A DNA stretch of 32,000 nucleotides. Source: Desulfobulbus propionicus DSM 2032 (GTDB lineage Bacteria; Desulfobacterota; Desulfobulbia; Desulfobulbales; Desulfobulbaceae). The notes beneath the pieces are model-generated. The model was given only the letters and a program-made list of their open reading frames with translations. It did no database searches and was not told where the DNA came from. The stretch is taken from contig NC_014972.1 of assembly GCF_000186885.1 (NCBI RefSeq), positions 300,001 to 332,000 on the forward strand, written 5' to 3'. Shown piece by piece: positions 16,761 through 25,980 of the stretch (position 1 is the stretch's first letter; every line of letters begins with the position of its first letter). Both the position numbers and the translations under genes were made by a program.

Positions 16761-18707
16761 ATGCCAACCTACGTCACCACGCCGATCTATTACGTCAATG
16801 CCCTGCCCCATCTGGGACATGCCTATACCACTATCGTCACCGACACCTACAGCCGCTTTCGTCGCCTGTGCGGCGACACGGTCCGTTTCCAGACCGGGAC
16901 CGACGAGCATGGCGAGAAAATCGCCGAGGCAGCGGCCAAGGCCGGGGAATCGCCCCGGGAGTATGTCGACCGTATCAGTGCCGCCTTCAAGGACACCTGG
17001 CCGGTCCTGGCCATTCAGCCCGACAAGATCATCCGAACCACCGATGCCGATCATGTCCGGACCGTGCAGGCCATTCTCCAGCAGGTACATGCGAGCGGTG
17101 ATATTTATTTCAGCGAATATTCCGGCTTATACTGCAAGGGCTGCGAGCGGTTTTTGACCGAAAAGGAACTGGTGGACGGTAAATGTCCCGATCATCTGGT
17201 GGAACCCAAGGCCATCACCGAGCAGAACTATTTTTTCCGCATGTCCAAATACCAGGACTGGCTGATCGAGCACATCCAGCGACACCCGGACTTCATCACC
17301 CCGGAGCGGTACCGCAACGAGGTGCTCTCCTTTCTCAGCGAACCGCTTGAGGATCTGTGCATCTCCCGGCCGACCTCCCGCCTGACCTGGGGCATTCCGC
17401 TGCCCTTTGACCAGAACTTCGTCACCTATGTATGGTTTGACGCCCTGATCAACTACTTGACCGGCATCGGCTACCCGGACAGCCCGGAGTTCGCCATGTA
17501 CTGGGCCGAGGCCGAGCATGTGATCGCCAAGGATATCCTCAAGCCCCACGCCATCTACTGGCCGACCATGCTGCGGGCCATGGGGCTTGAACCGTACAGG
17601 CGCCTGCATGTCCACGGCTACTGGAACGTGGATGCCACCAAGATGTCCAAGTCGCTGGGCAACGTGGTGCGGCCCCGGGAACTGGTCGAGACCTACGGCG
17701 TGGATACGGTCCGCTACTTTGTCCTCCGCGAGATGAGTTTCGGGCTGGATTCCTCCTTTTCCAGCGACGCCATCCTCGCCCGTCACAATGCGGACCTGGC
17801 CAACGACCTGGGCAATCTGTTCTCCCGTTCCTTGACCATGATCGACAAGTATGCCGCTGGCCGGGTGCCCGAGCCGGAAACAGCCGCGCTGTTCGCCCCG
17901 GAGGATCGGGAGTTGATGAGCGCCATCGCCGCCATGTTTGACCACTACCAGGAAAACATGGCGGCATTCACGTTCCACAAGGCACTGCAGGCCATCTGGG
18001 AGGTTATCGGGCTGCTCAACCGCTACATTGTCACCCATGCTCCCTGGGAGCTGGCCAAACAGCCGGATCAGGCCGGTCGCCTGCGGACCGTTCTTGCCTT
18101 CTTGGCTGAATCGTTGTGGAAGATCGCTCTGGTGCTGGGACCCATCATGCCGGATACCGCGTCCAGGATGGCCGCCGCCTTGGGTATGGGCACCGAGTTT
18201 GCCAGCGTCACCTTGGACGAGGCAAGAAAATGGGGGTACATTCCGGTGGGCACAGCCATCGAAAAAGGCACCCAGCTGTTCCCGCGAATCGACAAGAAGA
18301 CGGAAACGCCGGCGGCGCCCGCTGCCGGCAAACAGCCGAACAAGAAGGGGCCGGAGCCACCCCTTGGCGAAGGACTGATCGGTTTTGACCAGTTCCAGAC
18401 GGTGGAACTGCGGGTGGCGGAAATTGTGGCCGCCGAAAAGGTGGCCAAATCGGACCGTTTGCTCAAGCTGACGGTCAAGGCCCCGGAACAGCGAACCATT
18501 GTGGCCGGCATCGCCCAGCACTATCGTCCCGAGGATTTGCTCGGGCTGCGGGTGATCATTGTCGCCAATCTCAAGCCGGCCAAACTCATGGGCATCCCCT
18601 CGCAGGGCATGGTGCTGGCCGCTAAAGAACAGCTGACCGGTGGCACGGAACGGCTGGTACTGACCACGGTCGTCGGTCCAATCGCCGCCGGCAGCCGGGT
18701 TGCCTGA
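16761..18707 (+). CDS. metG: Methionine--tRNA ligase with C-terminal tRNA-binding domain
   Basis: HLGH (PHLGHAYT) and KMSKS motifs. Trbp111-like C-terminus (VELRVAEIVAAEKVAKSDRLLKLTV). Confidence 0.97.
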   Translation: MPTYVTTPIYYVNALPHLGHAYTTIVTDTYSRFRRLCGDTVRFQTGTDEHGEKIAEAAAKAGESPREYVDRISAAFKDTWPVLAIQPDKIIRTTDADHVRTVQAILQQVHASGDIYFSEYSGLYCKGCERFLTEKELVDGKCPDHLVEPKAITEQNYFFRMSKYQDWLIEHIQRHPDFITPERYRNEVLSFLSEPLEDLCISRPTSRLTWGIPLPFDQNFVTYVWFDALINYLTGIGYPDSPEFAMYWAEAEHVIAKDILKPHAIYWPTMLRAMGLEPYRRLHVHGYWNVDATKMSKSLGNVVRPRELVETYGVDTVRYFVLREMSFGLDSSFSSDAILARHNADLANDLGNLFSRSLTMIDKYAAGRVPEPETAALFAPEDRELMSAIAAMFDHYQENMAAFTFHKALQAIWEVIGLLNRYIVTHAPWELAKQPDQAGRLRTVLAFLAESLWKIALVLGPIMPDTASRMAAALGMGTEFASVTLDEARKWGYIPVGTAIEKGTQLFPRIDKKTETPAAPAAGKQPNKKGPEPPLGEGLIGFDQFQTVELRVAEIVAAEKVAKSDRLLKLTVKAPEQRTIVAGIAQHYRPEDLLGLRVIIVANLKPAKLMGIPSQGMVLAAKEQLTGGTERLVLTTVVGPIAAGSRVA

Positions 18708-18800
18708 ACATGGTCGCGGCTGTTTGGCAAAAGGTTTACCGATCGGCTGCCGCAACGAGAAGAAGTCCTCATCCCTTCACCTTAGCTTATAGGTATCCAT

Positions 18801-19097
18801 ATGTTCATGCTCGGTAACTTCCTTTTGGCGGTGGCTAAACTGATCAATTTTGTCCTCAGCGCCTATATCTGGGTGGTGATTGCCCGCGCCGTCATCACCT
18901 GGGTGAATGCGGATCCGTATAATCCCATCGTCCGCTTTCTTCGTCAGGCCACCGATCCCCTGTTGATGAAGATTCGCCGGGTGGTCCCCATCATGGGAGG
19001 CCTTGATCTGAGCCCGATGATCCTCATCCTGATCATCATCTTTCTCCAGAGCTTTCTCGTCCCCACCCTGCAGCAGATCGCGGTGAGCCTGCAATAA
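18801..19097 (+). CDS. yggT: YggT family membrane protein
   Basis: 98 aa and hydrophobic. VIARAVITWVNADPYNPIVRFLRQATDPLL is typical of YggT. Confidence 0.85.
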   Translation: MFMLGNFLLAVAKLINFVLSAYIWVVIARAVITWVNADPYNPIVRFLRQATDPLLMKIRRVVPIMGGLDLSPMILILIIIFLQSFLVPTLQQIAVSLQ

Positions 19098-19135
19098 TCC
19101 GCTATTTTGCTCGGTTGAACGACCCGAAGAGGAAC

Positions 19136-19468
19136 ATGGCGGCCGGTCCGGATGCACTTCCCTGTCTGCAGCGGTTGGCGGATGGTTCCCTGTTGCTTCG
19201 TCTGCAGGTCCAGCCCCGCGCCGCGGCCAACCATCTGGCCGGCTTGCAGGGCGACATGCTCAAGCTGCGCGTGACCACGCCGCCGGTGGACGGCAAGGCC
19301 AATCAGGCGGTCGTTGCCTACCTGGCCAAACTCTTCCATCTGCCCAAGTCGTCGGTTGTCCTCAAAAGCGGCCACCAGAGCCGCGGCAAGACAGTGGTTA
19401 TCGCCAGCGGTCACGAGCAGGAGGTGCGGGCTGTTTTGGCCGCGCACCTTTTTCCAGAGAGAAAATGA
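19136..19468 (+). CDS. DUF167 (YggU/UPF0235) family protein
   Basis: LKLRVTTPPVDGKANQAVVAYLAKLFHLPKSSVVLKSGHQSRGK. ATG at 19136 with an AGAGGA RBS, whereas the track start at 19115 is a TTG. The yggT-DUF167 pairing is conserved. Confidence 0.8.
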   Translation: MAAGPDALPCLQRLADGSLLLRLQVQPRAAANHLAGLQGDMLKLRVTTPPVDGKANQAVVAYLAKLFHLPKSSVVLKSGHQSRGKTVVIASGHEQEVRAVLAAHLFPERK

Positions 19469-19476
19469 GCGAATGT

Positions 19477-19499
19477 GGACCGGTGGCTGCCACCGGTCC
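19477..19499 (+). terminator. GC-rich hairpin after the DUF167 gene (terminator-like, no U tract)
   Basis: GGACCGGTGG, loop ctg, CCACCGGTCC: a perfect 10-bp stem 9 nt after the stop codon. No T-run follows. Confidence 0.35.
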
Positions 19500-19609
19500 C
19501 TGCTGCGGTAGCCCGCTGCTGCACCAGGTTGAGCGGGGGAACCTGACCCGCACGGGCAGCAACAGAGCTGCATGATGTGCTGAATTCCTTGAGATGCCTG
19601 GGGGCTGTG

Positions 19610-20287
19610 ATGAAAAAAATACTGCTGGCCAACTGGAAGGCCAATCTTTCGCCGGAACGGGCGATGCAGTGGTGCGAGGTGTTCGCCGCCACCTATCGGC
19701 CGCATGCCGATCTCGAGATGGTGGTTGCCGTGCCGTCGTTGATGCTGGAACGGGTTGCGGCACATCTGCGGGGGCGCGATGGCATTGCCCTGGCCGCGCA
19801 GGGGGTTTCTCCGTATCCGCAGGGCAACTATACCGGTTCCACACCAGCCGCATGGCTGCGCGGGCTGGTGCGCTATACCCTGATTGGCCATCGCGAGCGA
19901 CGACGCTATTTCCACGAAACCGTTCAGGATGTGGCCAGACAGGCCTATGAATCGCTGGCGGAAGAGCTGCAGCCTATCGTCTGCGTGGACCGGGAACTTT
20001 TGATCCCGCAAACCGCAGCCATGGCCGCCGAGGAGTTACCCCGCCTGATCTGGGCCTATACTCCGGAAACGCCCAAAACTTTGGAGATGGCACGGAGCGA
20101 AAGGGAGATCGTCGCCCTGCTGCCGCAGATCGCCCGGAGCACCGACAATGGTCCGGTACTTTACGGTGGCGGGGTCACGGTTGACAATGCCGCCTCGCTG
20201 TGGCAGCTTGCCGGAATCAGCGGCCTGTTGATGGGACGGGGCTGCCTGGATGCCGCAGTCTTTGCCGCCCTGATCAACCGTTTGTGA
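19610..20287 (+). CDS. Triosephosphate isomerase family protein (short, divergent)
   Basis: ANWKAN, IGHRERR and YGGGV motifs are present. The region expected to hold the catalytic Glu and loop 6 reads IWAYTPETPKTLE. Start at ATG 19610 (MKKILLANWK). Confidence 0.65.
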   Translation: MKKILLANWKANLSPERAMQWCEVFAATYRPHADLEMVVAVPSLMLERVAAHLRGRDGIALAAQGVSPYPQGNYTGSTPAAWLRGLVRYTLIGHRERRRYFHETVQDVARQAYESLAEELQPIVCVDRELLIPQTAAMAAEELPRLIWAYTPETPKTLEMARSEREIVALLPQIARSTDNGPVLYGGGVTVDNAASLWQLAGISGLLMGRGCLDAAVFAALINRL

Positions 20288-20311
20288 AACTGCGTCCGCT
20301 TTCCCCGCTGA

Positions 20312-21148
20312 TTACATCGACAGCAGTCGGCGGATCCGTTCTTCCATGGGGGGATGAGTGGAAAACAGGGAGGCGATGGACCCGCCCTTGAGCGGATTGA
20401 CGATGTACATCTGGGCCGAGGCCGGATTGACATCCATGGGCTGCTGGGCGTTGTAGTTGGCCAATTTGTTGAGCGCATTGGCCAGCGATTGCGGATGACC
20501 GCAAATCTGCGCGCCGGTGGCGTCGGCCAGGTACTCCCGGCCACGGGAGATGGCCATCTGGATCAAGGTGGCCGCCAGCGGCGCCACCAGCATGGTGACC
20601 AGCATCACCAGCGGATTGCTCCCCCCTTCCTCATCACTGCGGCCGCCGCCGAACAGCATGGCCCATTGAGCCATGGTGGCCAGATAGGAGATGGCTCCCG
20701 CCATGACCGCCGCAATCGAGCCGATGAGAATGTCGCGGTTTTTGATATGCGCGAGTTCATGCGCGATAACCCCTTCCAGTTCATATCGGTCCAACACCTG
20801 GAGAAGGCCGGTGGTCACCGCCACCGCCGCGTGTTCGGGATCGCGTCCGGTGGCAAAGGCATTGGGGGTCGGATTATCGACCACATAGACCTTGGGTTTA
20901 GGGAGGCTGGCCCGTGCCGCCAGGGAGGCCACCAAGGCATGAAGATCGGGCGCCTCTGCTGTCGATACCTCGCGCGCACGGTTCATGGCCAGGGCCATTT
21001 TGTCGGAGTTCCAGTAGGCAAAGAAATTGAGGCCCACGGCAAGGAGCAGGGCGATGGTCATCCCCTGCTGGCCGCCCATGGCCTGACCCGCAACCATGAA
21101 CAGGGCGGTCAGGGCAGCCATGAGTAGAAAGGTTTTCATCGTATTCAT
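20312..21148 (-). CDS. htpX: Zinc metalloprotease HtpX (M48)
   Basis: HELAHIKNRD zinc motif, TM segments and a THPPMEERI C-terminus. ATG at 21148 with a GGAGA RBS. The longer track ORF is an upstream extension. Confidence 0.92.
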   Translation of the reverse strand: MNTMKTFLLMAALTALFMVAGQAMGGQQGMTIALLLAVGLNFFAYWNSDKMALAMNRAREVSTAEAPDLHALVASLAARASLPKPKVYVVDNPTPNAFATGRDPEHAAVAVTTGLLQVLDRYELEGVIAHELAHIKNRDILIGSIAAVMAGAISYLATMAQWAMLFGGGRSDEEGGSNPLVMLVTMLVAPLAATLIQMAISRGREYLADATGAQICGHPQSLANALNKLANYNAQQPMDVNPASAQMYIVNPLKGGSIASLFSTHPPMEERIRRLLSM

Positions 21149-21333
21149 CGTTTTCTCCTGGTGTTTCTCGGGAGCGGCTCGGCCGAGAGATGACCGCCTC
21201 ACCACCCTGAACATTTTTGACCAAAAGATAAATCGCTGGCGGAAGGAGTCAAGACAGGGAGACGGCAAAAGCCGCTTCCCTGTCGAGTGCCTGTTGGAAC
21301 GCGGAAAAAGGGGGCAGGAGGAACAACGCGGGA

Positions 21334-21990
21334 TCAGTTCATCAAGTCCAGCATCGCCCGGATAAGATTGTCGGCACCGTCGGCGATCTGGTCGATGCGG
21401 GAATTGAGCATGTAGCAAGGAGTGCTGACGATCCTGTTTTCTCGGTCAATGGCGATTTCCCCCTGCATGGCTGGTTGATGACGCGCGCCCATTGCGGCGA
21501 GGTTGTCGGCGGTAGCTGGGTCCTGACCAATGGTCAGGATCACGTTGCCCAGCACCTTGGCGAGGATCACCGGGGCGATGCACAGCGCGCCGATCGGTTT
21601 GCCGGCGGCGTGCATGGCCTTGATCGCCCGGGCCACATCACTGTTCACCATGCACTTTGGGCCATCAAAAGCATAGCTGCTCAGGTTCTTGGCCGCGCCG
21701 AAGCCGCCGGGGATGACCAACGCATCGGCCGACTCAGGGACAAAGGTGGCCAGCGAGGCGATCTTGCCCCGAGCGATCCGCGCCGATTCGATCAGCACAT
21801 TGCGCTGTTCGTTCATTTCCTGACCGGTGATGTGGTTGAGCACATGGTGTTGCTTGATGTCCGGTGCATAGCATTGGAAGTCTGCCCCGTTTTTGTGGAT
21901 AGCCCACAAGGCGAGGGTCGCCTCATGGATTTCGGCTCCATCCTGATGGCCGCATCCAGAGAGGATCACGGCGAAATTTTTTTTGTGCAT
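21334..21990 (-). CDS. elbB: Isoprenoid biosynthesis glyoxalase ElbB (DJ-1/PfpI family)
   Basis: Collinear with E. coli ElbB as I recall it (VILSGCG..DG.EIHE, RNVLIE.ARI.RG, ALVIPGGFGAAKNLS, GKP.G..CIAP). ATG at 21990 with a GGAGG RBS. Confidence 0.88.
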   Translation of the reverse strand: MHKKNFAVILSGCGHQDGAEIHEATLALWAIHKNGADFQCYAPDIKQHHVLNHITGQEMNEQRNVLIESARIARGKIASLATFVPESADALVIPGGFGAAKNLSSYAFDGPKCMVNSDVARAIKAMHAAGKPIGALCIAPVILAKVLGNVILTIGQDPATADNLAAMGARHQPAMQGEIAIDRENRIVSTPCYMLNSRIDQIADGADNLIRAMLDLMN

Positions 21991-22055
21991 AGTCGCCTCC
22001 ATGGCAGCAAATGACAAACGGATTCGACCCGGGCCGGCTATCCGGGCTTGTTTTT

Positions 22056-22574
22056 CTAGCGCAGGGAATAAATTGCCGGCAGATTGCGATACTGTTCCGC
22101 GCAATCCAGCCCGTAACCGACAAGAAACCCTCGATCAAGGGCAAAACCGACGTAGTCCACCTCGACCGGGACGATCCGTCGTTCCTGCTTGTCGATCAGC
22201 GAGCAGATTTTCACCGATTTGGCCGGGCTTTGACGGAAATGATCGCGCAGCCAAGCCATGGTGGTGCCGGTATCGACAATGTCCTCCACCAGCAGCACAT
22301 CCTTGCCGTTCAGGTCGATGCTCGGTTCCTTGAGCAGGCGGATCGTTCCCGAGGATTCCGTCGAGGCACCGTAACTGGTCACCCGGATGAAATCGATTTC
22401 CAGTTTGAGGTCGATGGCCCGGCACAGATCGGCGGCAAAGATGAACGCGCCGTTCAACACGCCCAGGAGCACCAGCTGCCGGTCCCGGTACTCCTGGGTG
22501 ATCAAGCGACCGAGTTCTTGGACTCTCTGCTGCAGTCTTCGCCTGCCGATAACCGCTTTTTTTCCCAGCTGCAT
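22056..22574 (-). CDS. hpt: Hypoxanthine phosphoribosyltransferase
   Basis: 172 aa. PRPP-binding motif VLLVEDIVDTGTT and the C-terminus GYGLDCAEQYRNLPAIY. Confidence 0.93.
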   Translation of the reverse strand: MQLGKKAVIGRRRLQQRVQELGRLITQEYRDRQLVLLGVLNGAFIFAADLCRAIDLKLEIDFIRVTSYGASTESSGTIRLLKEPSIDLNGKDVLLVEDIVDTGTTMAWLRDHFRQSPAKSVKICSLIDKQERRIVPVEVDYVGFALDRGFLVGYGLDCAEQYRNLPAIYSLR

Positions 22575-22606
22575 AACCGTACCCCAAAATCGTTACTGTA
22601 CCGAGC

Positions 22607-24883
22607 CTACTGTTCGCTCTGCCATTTTTGCAGGGTGGCGGCAGCCTCTTCTTTTTCCTTGAACGGCTGCGTCGAGGCCAGGGCCTCCTGCTTCTTGCCC
22701 TCCCCATACAGGGCCAGGGCCAGATGGTAGCGAAGTATGGGCATATCCTCCTGTTTCTGCACCGCCTGAACGAATTCGTTGCGGGCCAGGCTGAACGAGC
22801 CGCGTTTGTAGTGTACCCAGCCAAGGGTGTCGATGATATGATAGTCGTCCGGCTTCTGCTGTTTGGCGGTCATGGCCAGTCGCAGGGCTTCCCCCAGATC
22901 CGGATCCTTGCTCTCGGCAATCATCCAGGCCAGGTTGTTGGCCGCCGGGGCAAAATCAGGCTTGACGGCCAAGGCCTTTTGATAGGCTTCCTTGGCCAGA
23001 TCGGTTTTGCCCGTCTGCTCGTAGATGCTGCCCAACCCCATGTAGGCGCCGATGGCGTTGGGTTGCTTGGCGAGCAGATCCCGGTATTCGGCGATGGCTT
23101 GATCGGTCTTGCCTTGCCGCGTCAGGATAAGAGCACTCATGGCATACGGTTGAGGGTTGTCCGGGTCGAGCTCTTGGGCCTTGCTGTAGAGCTCAAGGGC
23201 CTTGTCCGGTTGCTGTGCGCTGAGGAACAGGTTGGCCAGCAGAATCTGTAACCCGGCGCTCTTGGGCGCCTTGTCGATCTGGGCCTGGGTCATCTTGATC
23301 AGCGCCTCCTTTTGCGCGCCGCTTTTTTGCGCCAGCTGCAGCAAGAAGCTGAAGGCCTTGGCGTTGTCGGGCTGGACCGCGAGCAATTTTTCAAAGGTCT
23401 GCTTGGCCTTGGCCTCCTGTTTCATGGCCAAATAGGTGAGCCCGAGACTGCCCAGCACCTCGACGTTGTCAGGCACCTTGGCGTGGAGTTCGCTGAACAT
23501 CTTTTCTGCGGTTTCATACTCCTTGGAAAAGAGTACCCCCTTGGCCAGGGTGAGGGCGGCCTGAAAATCGCGGGGGTTGATTTTCAGGGCAGTGGCCGCT
23601 TCCTTTTTAGCGGTCTCGAATTCACCCTCCTGGAGGGAGAGCAGGGCCAGCAGCGAGTGGGCCTTGCTAAACCCCGGGCTGAGTTTGATGGCCTCCAGCA
23701 AGGCTTCCTTGGCGAGTTTGAAATCCTTGAGATTGCTGTGGGCCAGTGCCTTGACGAAGAAAAGTTCACTCCATTTGGGATAGTCGCCAAGCAAACCGGT
23801 CACGATATCCAGTGCTTCCTGGTTTTTGCCATCCTTCAGCTGGAATTTGGCCTGAACCAATTTGGCGGTGGCGTTTTTTGCATTCTTGGCCACCACCTTG
23901 TCCAATTCCACCTTGGCTTGGTCAAACTTGCCGTGGTCAAAGTAAAAATTGGCCAGCTGCGCCTCAGCGTCCTCGGGTTTGTCCGTATCCTGAATGGCTT
24001 CCTTGTAGAGTTGCTCCGCCTGCTCGAATTTCCCCTTCTTGGAATAGAAATCGGCGATGGCCGTCTTCAGCTTGCTGTTTTTCGGGTCAACCTTGAGCGC
24101 CTGGGTCAGATGCTGCTCGGCAGCGTCAGGATTGTTCTCCATCAGTTCGATGGAGGCCATCTGCAGGTACGGCTGCGAGGAATCCGGAAAGGCGGCGGCC
24201 ATTTTCTCCAGGCTGGCTTTGGCCTTGCTCAATTCCTTTCGTTCCACATAGAAGGCAGCCAGCGTCGCATGATTGGCGAGTTTCTTCCCGTCCAACTCGA
24301 GGGCTTTCAAAAAAGCGTTTTCTGCCGCTGGAAACTGCTGCTTGGCACTCAGGGCGCGGCCTTTGATGGCGTAAAACCGGTCTTCGTTGGGAGCCCCGGC
24401 AATAGCCTTGTCGACCGTTGCAATGGCTGCGTCAAATTTGCCGTCAACCAACTCCAGGTTGGCCTGCAGGGCCAAGGCATCCTTGTTGTCCGGTGCCTGG
24501 ACGAGAACCTCGTCAATATGTTTTTGCGCGTCCTCTTTCTTCTTGGTCAGCAAATAGAACTCTGCGGTCTTGATCTTGGCATCGAGATTTTTCGGGTCCA
24601 GGGTGGCGGCGCGCTGCAATTCCGCAAAGGCTTGCCGGACATCGCCGCTCTTGAGATAGAGCAGGCCGAGTTGATAGCGGGCATCGGCGTATTTGGGATC
24701 GATCTGGATGGCGTTGCGCAGTTCAATGATTGCTTCTTTTTCCTTGTTTTCGCCAAGATACCCCATTGCTTTGTTGTAATGCTCTTCTTTGTTTTTGCCG
24801 CCGTCCGAACACGCGGCAACAAGCAGGAGCAGGAGGAGTGGCACGAGCAATAGGGGCAGGGGGAACAGTTTCTTGAATGGCAT
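22607..24883 (-). CDS. prsT: TPR-repeat lipoprotein, PEP-CTERM system PrsT-like
   Basis: 758 aa. Lipobox LLVAAC. Tandem TPR units run the whole length. Located divergent from the exosortase-locus export genes. Confidence 0.7.
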   Translation of the reverse strand: MPFKKLFPLPLLLVPLLLLLLVAACSDGGKNKEEHYNKAMGYLGENKEKEAIIELRNAIQIDPKYADARYQLGLLYLKSGDVRQAFAELQRAATLDPKNLDAKIKTAEFYLLTKKKEDAQKHIDEVLVQAPDNKDALALQANLELVDGKFDAAIATVDKAIAGAPNEDRFYAIKGRALSAKQQFPAAENAFLKALELDGKKLANHATLAAFYVERKELSKAKASLEKMAAAFPDSSQPYLQMASIELMENNPDAAEQHLTQALKVDPKNSKLKTAIADFYSKKGKFEQAEQLYKEAIQDTDKPEDAEAQLANFYFDHGKFDQAKVELDKVVAKNAKNATAKLVQAKFQLKDGKNQEALDIVTGLLGDYPKWSELFFVKALAHSNLKDFKLAKEALLEAIKLSPGFSKAHSLLALLSLQEGEFETAKKEAATALKINPRDFQAALTLAKGVLFSKEYETAEKMFSELHAKVPDNVEVLGSLGLTYLAMKQEAKAKQTFEKLLAVQPDNAKAFSFLLQLAQKSGAQKEALIKMTQAQIDKAPKSAGLQILLANLFLSAQQPDKALELYSKAQELDPDNPQPYAMSALILTRQGKTDQAIAEYRDLLAKQPNAIGAYMGLGSIYEQTGKTDLAKEAYQKALAVKPDFAPAANNLAWMIAESKDPDLGEALRLAMTAKQQKPDDYHIIDTLGWVHYKRGSFSLARNEFVQAVQKQEDMPILRYHLALALYGEGKKQEALASTQPFKEKEEAAATLQKWQSEQ

Positions 24884-25120
24884 AATGACTCCGTTGGCAA
24901 AAGGGAATTGGTATTACGCTGATCTGACTGCACGGTTCATTTTATAACAACTTATAAAGATTAAGGAATAAAAAAAGAGCGTACCCGGAGCAACGAAACC
25001 GGGCCGCACGGCAAGACCATACCGGGAGTTGCCGTGTTGGGAAGCGCTTCAGGCAATGCACGAATCGGTGAGCAACTGCTTGCCAGTGTTGAAAAAATGG
25101 AGACGTTCCATTTTTTTATT

Positions 25121-25149
25121 TTGAACTATTTTCTTTCTGCATGTAGCAT
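25121..25149 (+). promoter_or_regulatory. Sigma70-type promoter for the export/OMP genes
   Basis: TTGAAC (25121..25126), a 17-nt spacer, then TAGCAT (25144..25149). It lies 49 nt upstream of the ATG at 25198. Confidence 0.35.
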
Positions 25150-25197
25150 GGTTTGTCAACTTATTTATCTGATGAAGCTTTTTGGGGCGAGGAGCGT

Positions 25198-25968
25198 ATG
25201 AAGACAGTTTCCCTGACCGTAAAGACGATCGTTTGGGTTGTTCTCTGTTGTTGTTGGTTGAGCGTTTCCTGGGCTGCCGAATCGAGCGGCGAAGGAGTGA
25301 TTGCCAACGAAACCAAGGAGCAGTATCGCCAGGAAATCCTCGGCAAGAAGGCTCCTGCCCAATCGGACAAGGAGTATGTCATCGGTTATCGGGATATTCT
25401 CTATGTGGAGGTGTATGGGGAAGGGCCCATGGCCATCGGACCAGGCAATCCCGCCGCGGCCCCCGCCGCGATGGAAGGAATGGCTCCAGGGGGACAGGAT
25501 GACGCCGCCAGCCGTGGGGCTGGCGCCGAGGTCGGAACGGACGGCCGGGTTTCGCTTCGTCATATCGGCGATGTCTATGCGGTTGGCATGACGCTTACCC
25601 AATTCGCCGATTATCTGAAAAAGCTGTACGGAACCGTTTATGACGACCCGAATGTGATCGTCACCCTGCTGAAAAGCAACAGCCGACAGTATACGATCAT
25701 GGGCCAGGTGAGAACCCCCGGTGTGTTCCCACTCGATTATCCGACCGTGGTGGTGAAGGCGATTGCCAAGGCCGGCGGATTCACCGAATGGGCCGACAAC
25801 AAGGTGAGCATCATTCGCCAAGGCAACGATCAAATTGTCGAAAAAGGCCAGGAAAAGGCACAGGGCAAGGTCGAAAAATTCGAATTCGATTATGACGATT
25901 TTCTTGACGGAAAAAATACCGACAAGAACATCCTGCTCGAACCCGGTGATGTCGTCGTAGCCCATTGA
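25198..25968 (+). CDS. Polysaccharide export protein (Wza-like Poly_export plus SLBB)
   Basis: Signal peptide, YVIGYRDILYVEV and DGRVSLRHIGDVYAVGMTL motifs, and an SLBB-like C-terminus (LEPGDVVVA). ATG at 25198 with a GAGGAG RBS. Confidence 0.85.
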   Translation: MKTVSLTVKTIVWVVLCCCWLSVSWAAESSGEGVIANETKEQYRQEILGKKAPAQSDKEYVIGYRDILYVEVYGEGPMAIGPGNPAAAPAAMEGMAPGGQDDAASRGAGAEVGTDGRVSLRHIGDVYAVGMTLTQFADYLKKLYGTVYDDPNVIVTLLKSNSRQYTIMGQVRTPGVFPLDYPTVVVKAIAKAGGFTEWADNKVSIIRQGNDQIVEKGQEKAQGKVEKFEFDYDDFLDGKNTDKNILLEPGDVVVAH

Positions 25969-25980
25969 GAGAGGCGATCC

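Noticed and set aside
15801-18755. 429-aa (15801..17090) and 542-aa (17127..18755) minus-strand ORFs
   Set aside because: They are antisense to ricT and metG, which are confidently identified. The translations are Gly/Arg/Pro/His-rich shadow frames.
18944-20011. 355-aa minus-strand ORF
   Set aside because: It overlaps yggT, the DUF167 gene and the TIM-like gene in antisense. Its composition is Arg/Gly/Pro-rich and non-protein-like.
21149-21418. 90-residue upstream extension of the htpX ORF
   Set aside because: HtpX homology and a GGAGA RBS begin at the ATG at 21148. The extension is Arg/Pro/Ser-rich and overlaps the elbB 3' end.
22028-22055. Plus-strand hairpin CCCGG...CCGGG followed by CTTGTTTTT
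   Set aside because: It looks terminator-like on the plus strand, but no plus-strand gene ends here because hpt and elbB are on the minus strand. The stem is only 5 bp, so it is likely fortuitous.
23312-24853. 513-aa plus-strand ORF
   Set aside because: It is antisense to the TPR lipoprotein gene. It is a repetitive, low-complexity shadow of the TPR codons with no RBS or motifs.
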